From NCBI GenBank assembly GCA_040143965.1, contig JASJQH010000072.1, forward strand, positions 1-33,637: a stretch of DNA of 33,637 nt. The letters run 5' to 3'. Under the pieces are notes generated by a model that worked only from the letters and a program-made list of their open reading frames with translations, was not told the origin of the DNA and searched no databases. Source of the stretch: Basidiobolus ranarum. Taxonomy: Eukaryota. This document shows, in pieces, positions 21,826 to 33,141 of this stretch. The first letter of the stretch is position 1; each line of letters begins with the position of its first letter. The position numbers were made by a program, and so were the translations under genes.

Positions 21826-23615
21826 TGAGATTAATTTTTAGTAGAAGGGTTATCTAATTATAGCGCAAAAAGGAAGTGATGGGGGTTAGGTAAGTTAACT
21901 CAACACCGAGTGTTACCAGGTTATATATCAAGTGCAAGATTCCGTTACTAGATTTTCAAGTTTAAGAATCCCTTTGTCCGTCAACAAATAATCACTAGTG
22001 TTTCAAGCGGAAATTATTCGATGAAAATGTATATTTTACCTTAACAATGACATAGGAGATTTAGCGCTAGTTAGAATTATCATTTGTAACGAATGTTAGG
22101 ATTTATGTTAGGGGTAGGGTTAACTCAACGTCTATTTGTTTCATCGCAGAATGAGTTATAACAGAGTTGGTTATTCATTTACAAATACTATATAATCGGA
22201 TAATTTCCATACAAATGCTATATATATAAACGAAGGCAGAATTCCTTTATGCTTGTTATAGTATTGACATATATACCCCCAGATTAGACTTGTATGGTCA
22301 TGGTTCTAGCCTATGATTGATACCCTTTGATTGCTACCAGAATCCTTTCATGACAATTACCATGTGGACCGATTGTTATATTATATCTCCCATTGTTATT
22401 TTTACTCTCTACACTATACAATTTGATCAGTTAATCATGGATATCAACATCAATCAATTATGGGTATCATCAATTAATTATCGGCATCAGTAATTTATTA
22501 TAGGTATGAAAAATATAGATGCTTAAAAGCTTACATTCATCAATTAGTATTCTACTGAGAAAAAGGCTATCATTTATAACCTTACTCATGATAGCAAGTA
22601 GGTAGAATGAAGTAAGCAACAGTTGGCCGGAATCGTATCCATCGACTAACTGCAGTTCCAGCCCATACTAGACTGAAACAAACATAAATAACCCATGTAT
22701 ATATATAGCAAAGTCAAAGAAAATTCCATACCTCGGTCACTTGCTTTTTTTTCATGCGAGTAGGTTAGATGCATTGGGAAGAGAATCCTTGTAAGGCTTA
22801 ACAAGAACATGAGTTTAAGAACTCATTTGCCATTTGAAGCTTCATCTAAAGATCATTTGGGCTATCCATTTAGGCCATCCATTCGATTACTTAACTGCCA
22901 TCTAACTTGGTTCCTAAATAGAGTAAATATTTAGAGTCATTTGACGTTAGGTTTACTTATAAGGATATATGTGCACATCCCATAGTCAAAAGTTCGGATT
23001 TGATTTTACCGAGGATTCGAAATGGAGATGAATGTTTAGAAAAATCCACTGAGTTACTTGAACATATACGGGCTTTGGAATGCAAAATTACTTAGCAGAG
23101 ACTCAGAGGTGACATAGAAGTCATATCATATTGTCTTGAGCTTCACTGTCCATATCTTTATTGCCTGACTAGTGATACTTCTATTTGAATTTGGTATTGA
23201 ATTAGGAAATCTGTCAGTTATTATTCAGCGTGTCCGAAAAGATGCAACCGAATATAAACTTGGATCAATGGGTCACGGAAGGTTTCGGACCATTTGAAAA
23301 GTTGTATATTAGTACGTGTGTATATTGATATCGATTCCCATTGAAAAGCAATGGGCAAAGATAAGATCAACCGGAGAGAATGATTCTCTAGATTCAAATT
23401 CGAAATGATAAATGAACATCCTAGCTGTAATCGATAATGTCGAAAAGAGTGCAGGACTATTGTTATCGAATAAACCGGTGAGTAATTAACCGAGCTGGAA
23501 ACATATATATATGGCGACTAGTACTTTAGCTGGTTTCAATTATGCATTACCAATAGTTTATTCTCAGTTGAGCCCGTTTTCATCGTAATCTTCATTTTAC
23601 AACAATACACCTGCC

Positions 23616-25265
23616 ATGTCTAAAAAAGACATCAATTCTAACTACGTCAGCGAGGAGCATCTTAAGGAAGAGGGAGTGGAGGAGTACTCTGAACTAGAGG
23701 ATATCAGTAAATTGAAAAGGGTTGCTGATAAGATTCCTACTGCTGCTTGGCTTATTATCATCACCGAATTTTGCGAACGCTTTGCTTATTATGGTGGTTC
23801 AGCACCTTTTACCAACTATGTTCAGTTCCCTGCAGGAGATCCTAACCAGGCGGGTGCTCTAGATAAGGGCCAAGCTACCTCTACTGCCTTGAAGCAATTT
23901 TTCACTTTTTTCTGTTACTTTACGCCGTTGTTTGGTGCTATTATCTCTGATCAATATCTTGGCAAATTCAAGACAATCTTAATATTTTGCTCCATCTATA
24001 TGCTCGGATGGCTAATCTTAACGTTGACTTCTATTCCTCCTTCTCTTGCCGCGGGGGCTGGTTACCCAGGCTATATCATATCATTAATTATTATTGGCTT
24101 CGGCACAGGCGGTATTAAGCCTCTTGTTTCTCCTATGGCTGCTGACCAATATACTCAAAAGCATATTGATATACGTGTTATCAAAGGGGAACGGGTGGTT
24201 GTTGACCCTGCACTAAATACTCAACATTTATACAATTGGTTCTACTGGGCCATCAATGTTGGCTCCTTGATCGGTGGTGTTATTACTCCTCAACTAGAGC
24301 AGCATATTGGTTTTTGGGTAGCTTATGCAGTTCCGACTGCAATGTTCGGTATGGCCATTACAGTTTTCTACCTAGGCCGACACCGTTATGTCAAAGTTCC
24401 TCCTAGTGGCGAGTCTGCTTTGTTGAAGGCTGTAAAGTGCTTTAAATATAGCCAGAAACGCTATTCTCAATCTCCTATTAAACCCAGAACCATTCTCGAT
24501 GCTGGACTTTCCACATATGAAGGTGCACCTCCAGAGACGAGCCAAGACCTCGCCACCAAGACATGGGATGATCAGTTTATCAAAGATTTAAAACAATGCC
24601 TTATGGCATGCAAAATTTACATTCCCATTACTATCTACCAGGTGTCATACAATCAGATTACCTCGAATTTGATATCACAGGCTGCTGATATGGATCTTCC
24701 TCCTGATATTCCCAACGATCTGATCAATAACATCGATCCCATCGCATTGATTATTTTGATTCCTATCATGGATACGTTCGTGTATCCTTTCCTTCGACGC
24801 ATAAGATTGAACCCTCGTCCAATGGTTCGCATTACTTTGGGTTTTTTCTTTGGAGCGCTCGCAATGATGTCTTCTGCTCTAGTCCAGAATGAAATGTACA
24901 GGCGGAAAGATAACAATTTACCCAAAGTATCTGTCTGGCTACAAATCCCTGCCTATCTTCTTATTGCTATTTCTGAGATCTTTGCAAGTATCACCTCCAT
25001 CGAATATTCTTATACTCATGCCCCGGATTCTCTCAAAGGTCTTGTTTCTGCCTTCTCACTACTTCCCAACGCTGCTGCTGCATTGATTGGCATATTCCTG
25101 TCCCCTGTATCTAGAGATCCATATCTCACCTGGAACTACGCCTCTATTTCCATTGTTTGCTTCGTCTTTGGAATCGGTTTCTGGATCATATTCAGACATT
25201 ACGATGACCTTGATGATAAGTTAAAAGAGGAATATATGGAGGAAACAAAAGAACACTCTACATAA
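23616..25265 (+). CDS. PTR2: POT/PTR2 family proton-dependent oligopeptide transporter (MFS), 549 aa, intronless
   Basis: EFCERFAYYG (ExxERFxYYG), GTGGIKP, FYWAINVGS, WLQIPAY and EYSYTHAP motifs; about 12 hydrophobic segments. Confidence 0.96.
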   Translation: MSKKDINSNYVSEEHLKEEGVEEYSELEDISKLKRVADKIPTAAWLIIITEFCERFAYYGGSAPFTNYVQFPAGDPNQAGALDKGQATSTALKQFFTFFCYFTPLFGAIISDQYLGKFKTILIFCSIYMLGWLILTLTSIPPSLAAGAGYPGYIISLIIIGFGTGGIKPLVSPMAADQYTQKHIDIRVIKGERVVVDPALNTQHLYNWFYWAINVGSLIGGVITPQLEQHIGFWVAYAVPTAMFGMAITVFYLGRHRYVKVPPSGESALLKAVKCFKYSQKRYSQSPIKPRTILDAGLSTYEGAPPETSQDLATKTWDDQFIKDLKQCLMACKIYIPITIYQVSYNQITSNLISQAADMDLPPDIPNDLINNIDPIALIILIPIMDTFVYPFLRRIRLNPRPMVRITLGFFFGALAMMSSALVQNEMYRRKDNNLPKVSVWLQIPAYLLIAISEIFASITSIEYSYTHAPDSLKGLVSAFSLLPNAAAALIGIFLSPVSRDPYLTWNYASISIVCFVFGIGFWIIFRHYDDLDDKLKEEYMEETKEHST

Positions 25266-25351
25266 CTACTTGTATCTTTCTTAATTACTGTATTTCCCTC
25301 CATTCTACCACATTCCCTGTAAACTTTGAGCCATATTTTGTATTATATGGA

Positions 25352-25457
25352 TTTTCTTTCATAATTGAATATATTTGCATGAAATCGCAGTGTTGTGTTT
25401 TTATTTTTCTTTCATAATTGAATATATTTGCATGAAATCGTAGTGTTGTCTTTTTAT
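25352..25457 (+). repeat. Two-copy 53-bp direct tandem repeat 3' of PTR2
   Basis: ttttctttcataattgaatatatttgcatgaaatcgYagtgttgtStttttat x2, with two mismatches. Confidence 0.95.
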
Positions 25458-25945
25458 AATTGACGTCTGTTTGTGTGTGTGGGCGCCATTCCGAGTGTTG
25501 CAGTTGAATCCCTTGATGTGAGTGACATTTTAACTCTAGTACACGTATCTAGCCAAAGATTGTTTCAAATATTCAGTGGTTTCGTGTTGAAATGATTCTG
25601 ATCAGAAAGAGACAGCCATCATGCACTTTGGCACTTGCTACTTGGTTTCAACTAGTTTAGATGAGTAGATAGATACCCGGCTTAGAGAGGATTAGCGTTT
25701 CCAAATTTATCCCAGTCACCAGACAAAATTAAGATATCAAGAACGATTTGAAACGATGTGTTGGCGACGTATTGACGGTGTACTGGCCCTTAATAAATAA
25801 AGTCACCAGGATAAAACAATGATTTACGTTGCTCCTTGATTGTAGATTCCCTACCAAAGGAACGATCCTCAAGTAGTTGCTGGATCTTCACTATTTCATT
25901 GAAAGAGCTCCACACACGAACTTGAGCCAAACCTTAACCTAGATA

Positions 25946-28305
25946 ATGAAACGTATTCATTTCCTTTTCTTTTTAGGAGTGATCAGTGGAAGGTTAGCGA
26001 CAGCCTATGGTCAAGTACAGAAAGATGGTAACCAGATAGCCATCACCCCGCCAGTTGAAATACCAACATCTGATGAAGTGTTAGAAGGTGATGATGAAGT
26101 CAAAAGTTGCGATTCACCAATATACTGTCCCGGCCCATTTCTTGATAGGATCCAACGAGCAAAGCTGTTTGATGATTCAAAGACATTTGTTGATCGAGTA
26201 ATTAACTACCATAACTCATTCTGATTCGGACCTACCCCTAACCCTAAATCCTGTACCCCTAGGGCACCAAGCGTCCTGTTAACGAAGTATTAACGGCATT
26301 CTACAAGCTACCCCGAAATGCAACTCGTGCGACATTAAAAAAGTTTATAGAAAAATATTTTGTAGACAATGAAAACGATCTAGTAACAACCGAACTCCCA
26401 GATTTTAATCCAAATCCGTCATTCCTCCGACGTATTAAAGATCAATATCTTAAAGGATTTGGTAGTTACGTTCATTCATTTTGGAAAACCCTCACTCGTA
26501 CTATGGCGCAAAAGCTACCGTGCGAGGGATGTGTAACCTCTCTCATCCAAATTCCAAGACCTTTCATCATTCCTGGAGGTCGATTTAAGGAGATCTATTA
26601 TTGGTATTAGCAACAAATATCATCAAATATATATCCTTTCCTCATTAGTCCATTTCCTAACACTTATTTCCTTTTTTGAAACATAGGGTAAGGGCCAGGG
26701 TTCTCTTGATCAATACTTCCCCACTTATTATTGCTGACCAAATCTCGAGATATCTAGGACACATACTTTGTATTGGAGGGTCTGCTACTCGGAGAACTGA
26801 ATACAATATCCAAGGACATGATTCTCAACTTTCTGGATATTGTGGATAAATATGGGTTCATGCGTAAGTTGGTCGTAAGTTCGTAAATACCGGTCACTCA
26901 ACTAATCACTCTTCTGGCCGTAGCAAATGGGGCTCGTGTTTACTATCTAAATAGATCACAGCCCCCACTGTTAACTCAAATGGTGAAGATATACATGGAC
27001 AAAACGAAGGATATTGACTTGCTAATGCGTGCTCTTCCCACCCTGGACAAGGAATATCATTACTGGAAATCTAAGCACTCGGTTAAAGTCCAGGATCGCC
27101 TTGGCACAATTCATGAGCTGACACGTTATAACGTTGATAATAAGTATCCACGACCAGAATCGTACCATGAAGACATTATCACTGTGGAATACGCTGGGTT
27201 TAACGTATCCAAGCAAAAAGAACTCTATGCAGATATTGCCACGGGTGCTGAAACTGGTAACAATCCTATGTATATATATCTTGACGTTGCACAGTACCAT
27301 TGAACTTCTTCATCCAGGTTGGGATTACAGCACACGATTTGTAACACTGATACCGAAAGGTGATGAAGCACCCGAAGAAATCCTTCGCACTTTAAATACA
27401 AGAATGGTCGTTCCTGTAGACCTCAACTCGATTATGTATATGAATGAACAAGCCCTATCTGATTTCCATAGGATCATCGCAAATAGTCGTATGAGTGGAA
27501 AGAGTAAGAATTTGGAAAACTATTATCGAGTAGCAGCCCAGCAACGTCGTCGGTCAGTTCTAGCCCTGTTATGGGATGAAACCGACCGCGTCTTTTACGA
27601 TTATAACCTTTCAAGTCATGCAATTGAGAAATCACTTACCCCGGCCAACTACTGGCCCTTCTGGTACGTTATTCAAGATATTTTCATTTTGATGTTGAGA
27701 TATGTAGGTGAATTTTGGAATATAGGGCTGGGATATTTCCGGATGACTTTTTCAAGAGACCGGCAGATATTATCAAAACTTTTGAAGCGGTCGAGGACTA
27801 TGGTGAGGAATATCCTGGCGGTATTCCGATTACAATGACTGCTAGTACTTTACAATGGGACTTCCCCAACTCATGGGTAATGTTGATCTCATTTTTCTCT
27901 CCCAAAGAACCGTTCTAATGGGATTTGGTCACACAGCCGCCACTTGTATTTGTAGTACTCAAGGCAATAACCGAAGTTGAGAGGCGGTTAACGTTTGGTC
28001 AGCTTCGAGAAAGATTACATCAATTGGGACTTACAATAGCCCAGGTTCTTATCAACTCTACCTACTGTGGCTGGCGACTGACTGGTGGTGAGATTCCTGG
28101 AATACTGACGAAGCTACGGAATGTCACTGATAGCGGTAAACTTTTCGAAAAATATGATGCCACTAAGCTAGGTATTCCAGGTGGCGGTGGTGAATACACT
28201 GTACAGGATGGCTTCGGTTGGACTAATGGTGTGACTCTGTGGACATTGAATCAATTCGGAGATGAGCTCCAGGCTCCACAATCCTGCGTAGAAATTTCCA
28301 GGTAA
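25946..28305 (+). CDS. Secreted GH37 alpha,alpha-trehalase; exons 25946-26197, 26263-26603, 26687 (1 nt), 26758-26863, 26924-27256, 27318-27663, 27726-27876, 27937-28305
   Basis: Signal peptide; [78 protein letters not shown]...[17 protein letters not shown]. Confidence 0.96.
26687..26687 (+). other. Single-nucleotide exon (G) of the trehalase gene
   Basis: ACATAG|G|GTAAGG lies between two complete introns (26604-26686 with CCTAAC branch; 26688-26757 with GCTGAC branch). It is required for TG|G|GAC = Trp-Asp. Confidence 0.85.
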
Positions 28306-29075
28306 AGCTAGCGAACGTGCTAGAGAGAGTAAAATATAACAACCAATGCTACAATTGTGACCCAAAATAAACACCTTATAGATCGAAAAGTCTAGGTTAA
28401 TACTGAAGCATACCTAACCCGTTTGATCTTGTTCCTAAGAGGATCGGGTACTTTTCACTTTAATGAAAAAGGATCAAAGCTTAAATATTTTGATGGCTTC
28501 AAATGCCACCCAACTCCTACCTTCCACATTTAGATTAATTAATCAATGGATGTAACTAATGCACTAATACACCGTGTCCAGTATTTCTGAACTAGCCATT
28601 TGTACTGAATCAAAATATATTGGGTGATTGCGCAGAGTGATCGCACATTTGTAAAGGATATCCGGTTATTTATCGTCTAGCAGAATCCAACAGAATGTAC
28701 ATAACCGTGCATAGCGATAATACCGCATTCAAGACAAACTATCGTAATTGAATCTGTGCCTCACCCGCAATTATTGAGACCATCTTACGTTTTTCTCCGT
28801 GCATATTCTTGTCCGTGTTCACCCATTATCAATAGAATCCTTTCAATAAAGTCTAATAAATTATAATTAAACAAAAGCTTAGCGCCCACATATTTCATTG
28901 TCCCTTTACTCTTCTAATACCTCACCACTTCTGTTGGACATATTTTCTAAATTTCATCACAACAGACTACTCAATAGTTTCTTTTTTTTCCACTCAAGGA
29001 ACGTTACCAGACTAGTCTTAGTGAGTCCTCAACTACATAACCTAAAGCAGTATTCTCAAAACTACCATCGTATTC

Positions 29076-30392
29076 ATGGCTGGTACTGTTAAGCTAACTA
29101 GTGTTGTAAGAACTCAAGCCCGTAACTTTAGAATTATTCCCAGTAATGTTGCTTCACTCAGAACCTCTAGGGTTATAACCTCAACCCATACTTGTCTTCC
29201 AAAAACTCCTCATACTGTTTCACGCGCCTCTGTATTCTCTATTGCTCCTCGTTTACGTCATCCTCAAACGTATGAGTTAACTGAAGATCGTTCAATACAT
29301 GCTTTACCAGCTCATTCTATTTTACGAAACTTTCCCCTTGATCATTCTGAACCTTGGTCCGAAAACAAAGATGCCTTATTTAGTCTATGCGATAAGTCAG
29401 CTCCAGTAAACAAACACTCTTATACTTTTACTCATGGTGCTTCAGGAATACCAAAAAATCCAACCGCGGCTATGTCAGATGATATAAATTACTATAGCAT
29501 TGGTTGTGGTGAAGATTCATATTTTAGAAGACATGACGCTCTTGGGGTAGCTGATGGAGTTGGCGGTTGGAAAGGAAAGAAAGGCAAGTGTTTATTATTG
29601 CATACTTTTCATAAAGAAAGTTATTAACTTGCTGAGTTACATTTAAACAGGAGCTAATCCTGCCCTTTTTTCACGAAAATTGATGCATTATGCATATATG
29701 GAGCTCGAGAAATATGATAGTATTGAAGATGAACTTTTCTTTAACTACTATGATGTAAGCCCCACCAAAATCCTTGAAAAAAGTTACGAATTACTAAATA
29801 GAGACGTTACTAAAGAGGTATAAATCAATAATGATATAGTCACTGCAGAGATAATTGCTAAAGTGTCTAATGTACGTAGGGTATTCTTGGGTCCAGCACA
29901 GCATGTATCGTTGTACTTCGAGATGATGAGCTACGCATTGCCAACCTTGGTGATTGCGGCGTATCAGTGATTCGTCAGGGAGATTTCGTTTTTCGTACTG
30001 AAGAGCAACAGCATTGCTTTAACTATCCATACCAATTGGGAACTGGTTCTTTAGATCGACCATCAGACGCCCAAGCATTCACAGTTAAAGTACAAAAAGG
30101 AGACATAGTAATATTGGGAAGCGACGGGATTTACGATAACCTATCTGATGAAGATATTCTTGATATCGTTTTGCGCAGCACTTCTAGTTCACTCGTGAAC
30201 ATTAACCCCCAAAAGATAAGCGATGCCCTTGCTAAACAAGCCAAGATTGTTAGTGAGGACTCCACCTTCCCAAGCCCATTTCAGGACAGAGCTATGCAAG
30301 AAGGATTCTATTACCAAGGAGGGAAGATTGACGACATCAGTGTGTTGGTTGCTCTAGTAGTTGATGTTGAAGAATCCATTGAGGAGTTGTAA
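29076..30392 (+). CDS. PTC7: PP2C-family phosphatase PTC7 homologue (mitochondrial-type N-terminus); exons 29076-29583, 29651-29817, 29880-30392
   Basis: GEDSYF, GVADGVGGW, GSSTAC, ANLGDCG, EQQHCFNYPYQLG, GSDGIYDNL, GGKIDDISV. The first intron is GC-AG. Confidence 0.93.
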
Positions 30393-30913
30393 TGTTCTTG
30401 AACTAGTATTCTATATTGCAACATTCTTGTTCTATATTGCAACATTCTTGGATCAATGTTTCTGAATTAGCAATCTATACACATGCCATAGTTAAAGTTT
30501 ATTTTTCTGTTAATCGCCCACCGCCTACGTTTCCCTGAGTCTCTCTTCCGCTTCTCATGTCTTTGTAAATATGTATACAAGTTTGATTTAGGTTTCATAC
30601 CTTCCATCACGAGTAGATATGATTGTATTCCCTCTTTTAAATCAGTAAATCATTTACTCACAATACTTTCTTTTTACTCGTAAGTATCTTCACCATAAGT
30701 GCTGAACATCAAGGTTAGCTAAGTAAAAACCACTTTCATTTGTATGTCTGATAACCGATTTGATGTTGTGCGTGATGTTGTGCGTGATACCATAAGAATC
30801 TAATTATTAAACCTGTTTAAGAGTTTCGAAATAGAATTATCCAATTTGGATGAACACTGAAATGATTATTAGAAAGCTTGGTAATGATTTCCACTGGTTA
30901 CCTTTTCGACCAA

Positions 30914-31974
30914 ATGAATACCCCCCAGTCAGCCAACCCACATACTGCTGATGCTCGAACCTTCGAACATCAAGTAGCAGGACATGGTGGTATTTATTCC
31001 ATCGGTGGTGGACTCATCGCAAAACCAAACTGTGAGACCGAGCGTATTTTTTATGAACAAAGTGTCACATTCCCTGAATTTCAAAATTTTCTTGCTAAAT
31101 TCTATGGAACTTTACGCTTGGCTACATCTTCAGAGAGAGCTATGCTCGAAAATGCCCAAGCCAATGAAGCCATTATACAGAACCCAATTACTCTATCCAA
31201 TTCGGAACAAGATATCCTTTATTACTTTCATCTCACTTATCTATGTAGTCTAACTCACCAGTCATTATTTCCTTGACTTATATTCCAATACATTGTATAT
31301 GTATAGAAGACATTTCTAGTGGATTCCGAAAGCCCTGTATTTTGGATATTAAATTGGGTACTCGTCTATATGATGATGATGCTACCTCCGAAAAGAAAGC
31401 TCGAGCGATTGCAAATGCTGAAAAGACAACCTCAGGAAGTTCAGGAATTAGAATATGTGGACTAAAGGTATGATGCTTTTTTTCTATGGAATCTCTTTCT
31501 GTTTCTTATTTATTAATACGTCATTAGGTTTATGATAGAATCTCTAAAGAGTATATCGAATACCCTAGAGAGTTTGGTAGAAAGCTTCAAGAGGATGGAC
31601 TATTGGATGCCATTAGCAAATTCTTTCCACCCACATTTGATGCTCAATATCGTTTGGATATCATGGATGGATTTCTATCTGAATTGAAGGAATATTTAAG
31701 TGTAGTGGAGAACTTAGAATTAAGACTGTACTCCTCCTCCATTTTATTTGTATATGAAGGGGATCCTTCGGGTGAAAGTCCCTCTAATGGCGAAGGAGAT
31801 GCTTCAGATGAAAGTGATAACGAAGGACATTTGTTTGATTTTAGGGTTATTGACTTTGCCCATTCTAAATGGGAACTTGGTGGTGGTATTGATGAACAAT
31901 ATCTTTTCGGTCTTCGAAATACTCTCGAATTATTCGAAAAACTACGGGATTCTTTAATGCAAGAGAATCTTTAA
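30914..31974 (+). CDS. Inositol polyphosphate (multi)kinase, IPK family (Ipk2/Arg82-like); exons 30914-31211, 31292-31467, 31528-31974
   Basis: HQVAGH, PCILDIKLG (PxxxDxKxG), SSSIL and IDFAH motifs. The first intron is AT-AC. Confidence 0.93.
31212..31291 (+). other. U12-type AT-AC intron in the inositol polyphosphate kinase gene
   Basis: ATATCCTTT at 31212, TTCCTTGAC at 31269-31277, AC at 31290-31291. G|AT joins SEQ-D-CICIED in frame. Confidence 0.92.
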
Positions 31975-32256
31975 TAAATTGGATTCCATTTCCGTTTAAG
32001 GAAGAAATTTCCATTTATGTCATGATTCGATAGTGCAATTTGATGATGTTACAATTTGATGATGCTACACAAACTATATTGTAATGCAAAAAAAGGAAGG
32101 TTTCTTTATTATCGGTATCGCATGTCGTGAGTTTGGTACAGTACATGATTAAGTTGATGTAAAATAATGCTTGGCCTTGGCGTTAGAGATTGATTAATAA
32201 GCAATACTTACTATTCTATGAAAGCATTCAACAAGTAAGATCATTCATGACAGCGA

Positions 32257-33141
32257 TCAAGCATGGGACATATCGACGGTAGTTGGCAGAGTCATTTCGT
32301 TCGCCTTGGCTTTCAACCTCAAATCTATACCATCCATCCACCTCACAACACTAACCAAGTGTCGATTTAATATGTGAGGAGTATGGGCTACGCTTTGATA
32401 TTGATCATCTTGCTCACTTTCCAAGTTGGTAATTGCTCCTGGGTATTTCTCTAGCATGGCGGCTCTAACTAGACTGAAATATATACAATACATCGCGTAT
32501 GTAATGAAAAGTGATAGAAGAACATCCACAGTAAAGTGAAGACGAGAAGCAATGATGGTATAGAGCGCTGCTATGGCGTGCAATAAGGCGTATAGTTTGA
32601 ACCACTTGACACGAGTGTAGATATTCCACATGATAACCGATGAAGTAACAATCATCGTATGTCCAGAGTAAATGTTATCGGTACATGCTTTATCACTTCC
32701 TATAATCATGTAGGTAGCTACCTTCATCATTTCACCAAAGGAATTGGCCACCACTGGTACACAGTCTTTTGTGGGTGGCAAAGTAGTGGTGATAATAGTG
32801 AAAGCACGATAGAAGTACAGTAAACCTGTCAACCAAAATACTCGTCGCCAAAATATTATGATCTTGGGAAGTCTACGAGAAATAATGGTCAGAGCAACCA
32901 GAGTGATGCCGAATAAAGACATTACTAAAGCGTCAGCGATGGAGAAAGTAGAGAGAAAGGGAAAAGCTTCGAAACCTAAATCTCTAAGTGGATTTTTGGT
33001 GTCACTACCTAACCACCGTTTGTCAGAGAGTTGTTGAAATAGGGTCATAAAGTACGCAACTACAATGAGAAACACCGCAGAGTAAATTAGACGAGCTACT
33101 TCGGAATTAAGGAAACGTTTTGCGGATTTTTCGCTTTTCAT
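32257..33141 (-). CDS. Sphingomyelin-synthase family (PAP2_C) ceramide phosphotransferase, 294 aa, intronless
   Basis: PLRDLGF, YFYRAFTIITTTLPP, CTDNIYSGHT and HFTVDV correspond to SMS motifs D1-D4, with catalytic H/H/D. Multiple transmembrane segments. Confidence 0.9.
   Translation of the reverse strand: MKSEKSAKRFLNSEVARLIYSAVFLIVVAYFMTLFQQLSDKRWLGSDTKNPLRDLGFEAFPFLSTFSIADALVMSLFGITLVALTIISRRLPKIIIFWRRVFWLTGLLYFYRAFTIITTTLPPTKDCVPVVANSFGEMMKVATYMIIGSDKACTDNIYSGHTMIVTSSVIMWNIYTRVKWFKLYALLHAIAALYTIIASRLHFTVDVLLSLFITYAMYCIYFSLVRAAMLEKYPGAITNLESEQDDQYQSVAHTPHILNRHLVSVVRWMDGIDLRLKAKANEMTLPTTVDMSHA

Noticed and set aside
24782-24791. GTATCCTTT (U12 GT donor consensus) in PTR2
   Set aside because: It lies in an uninterrupted ORF encoding the family-typical VYPFLRR, so no intron is needed.
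25352-25457. Direct repeat as a CRISPR array or LTR; ATTTGCAT octamer within it
   Set aside because: Only two adjacent copies with no spacers, a eukaryotic context and no transposon ORF. The octamer is expected by chance in AT-rich DNA.
26631-26682. ATATCCTTTC and TTTCCTAAC inside the trehalase intron preceding the 1-nt exon, suggesting a nested U12 intron
   Set aside because: The upstream frame is closed by TAG at 26608-26610, and excising 26631-26682 would leave only a ~31-nt outer intron. The U2 model needs no such event. Treated as coincidence unless reads show it.
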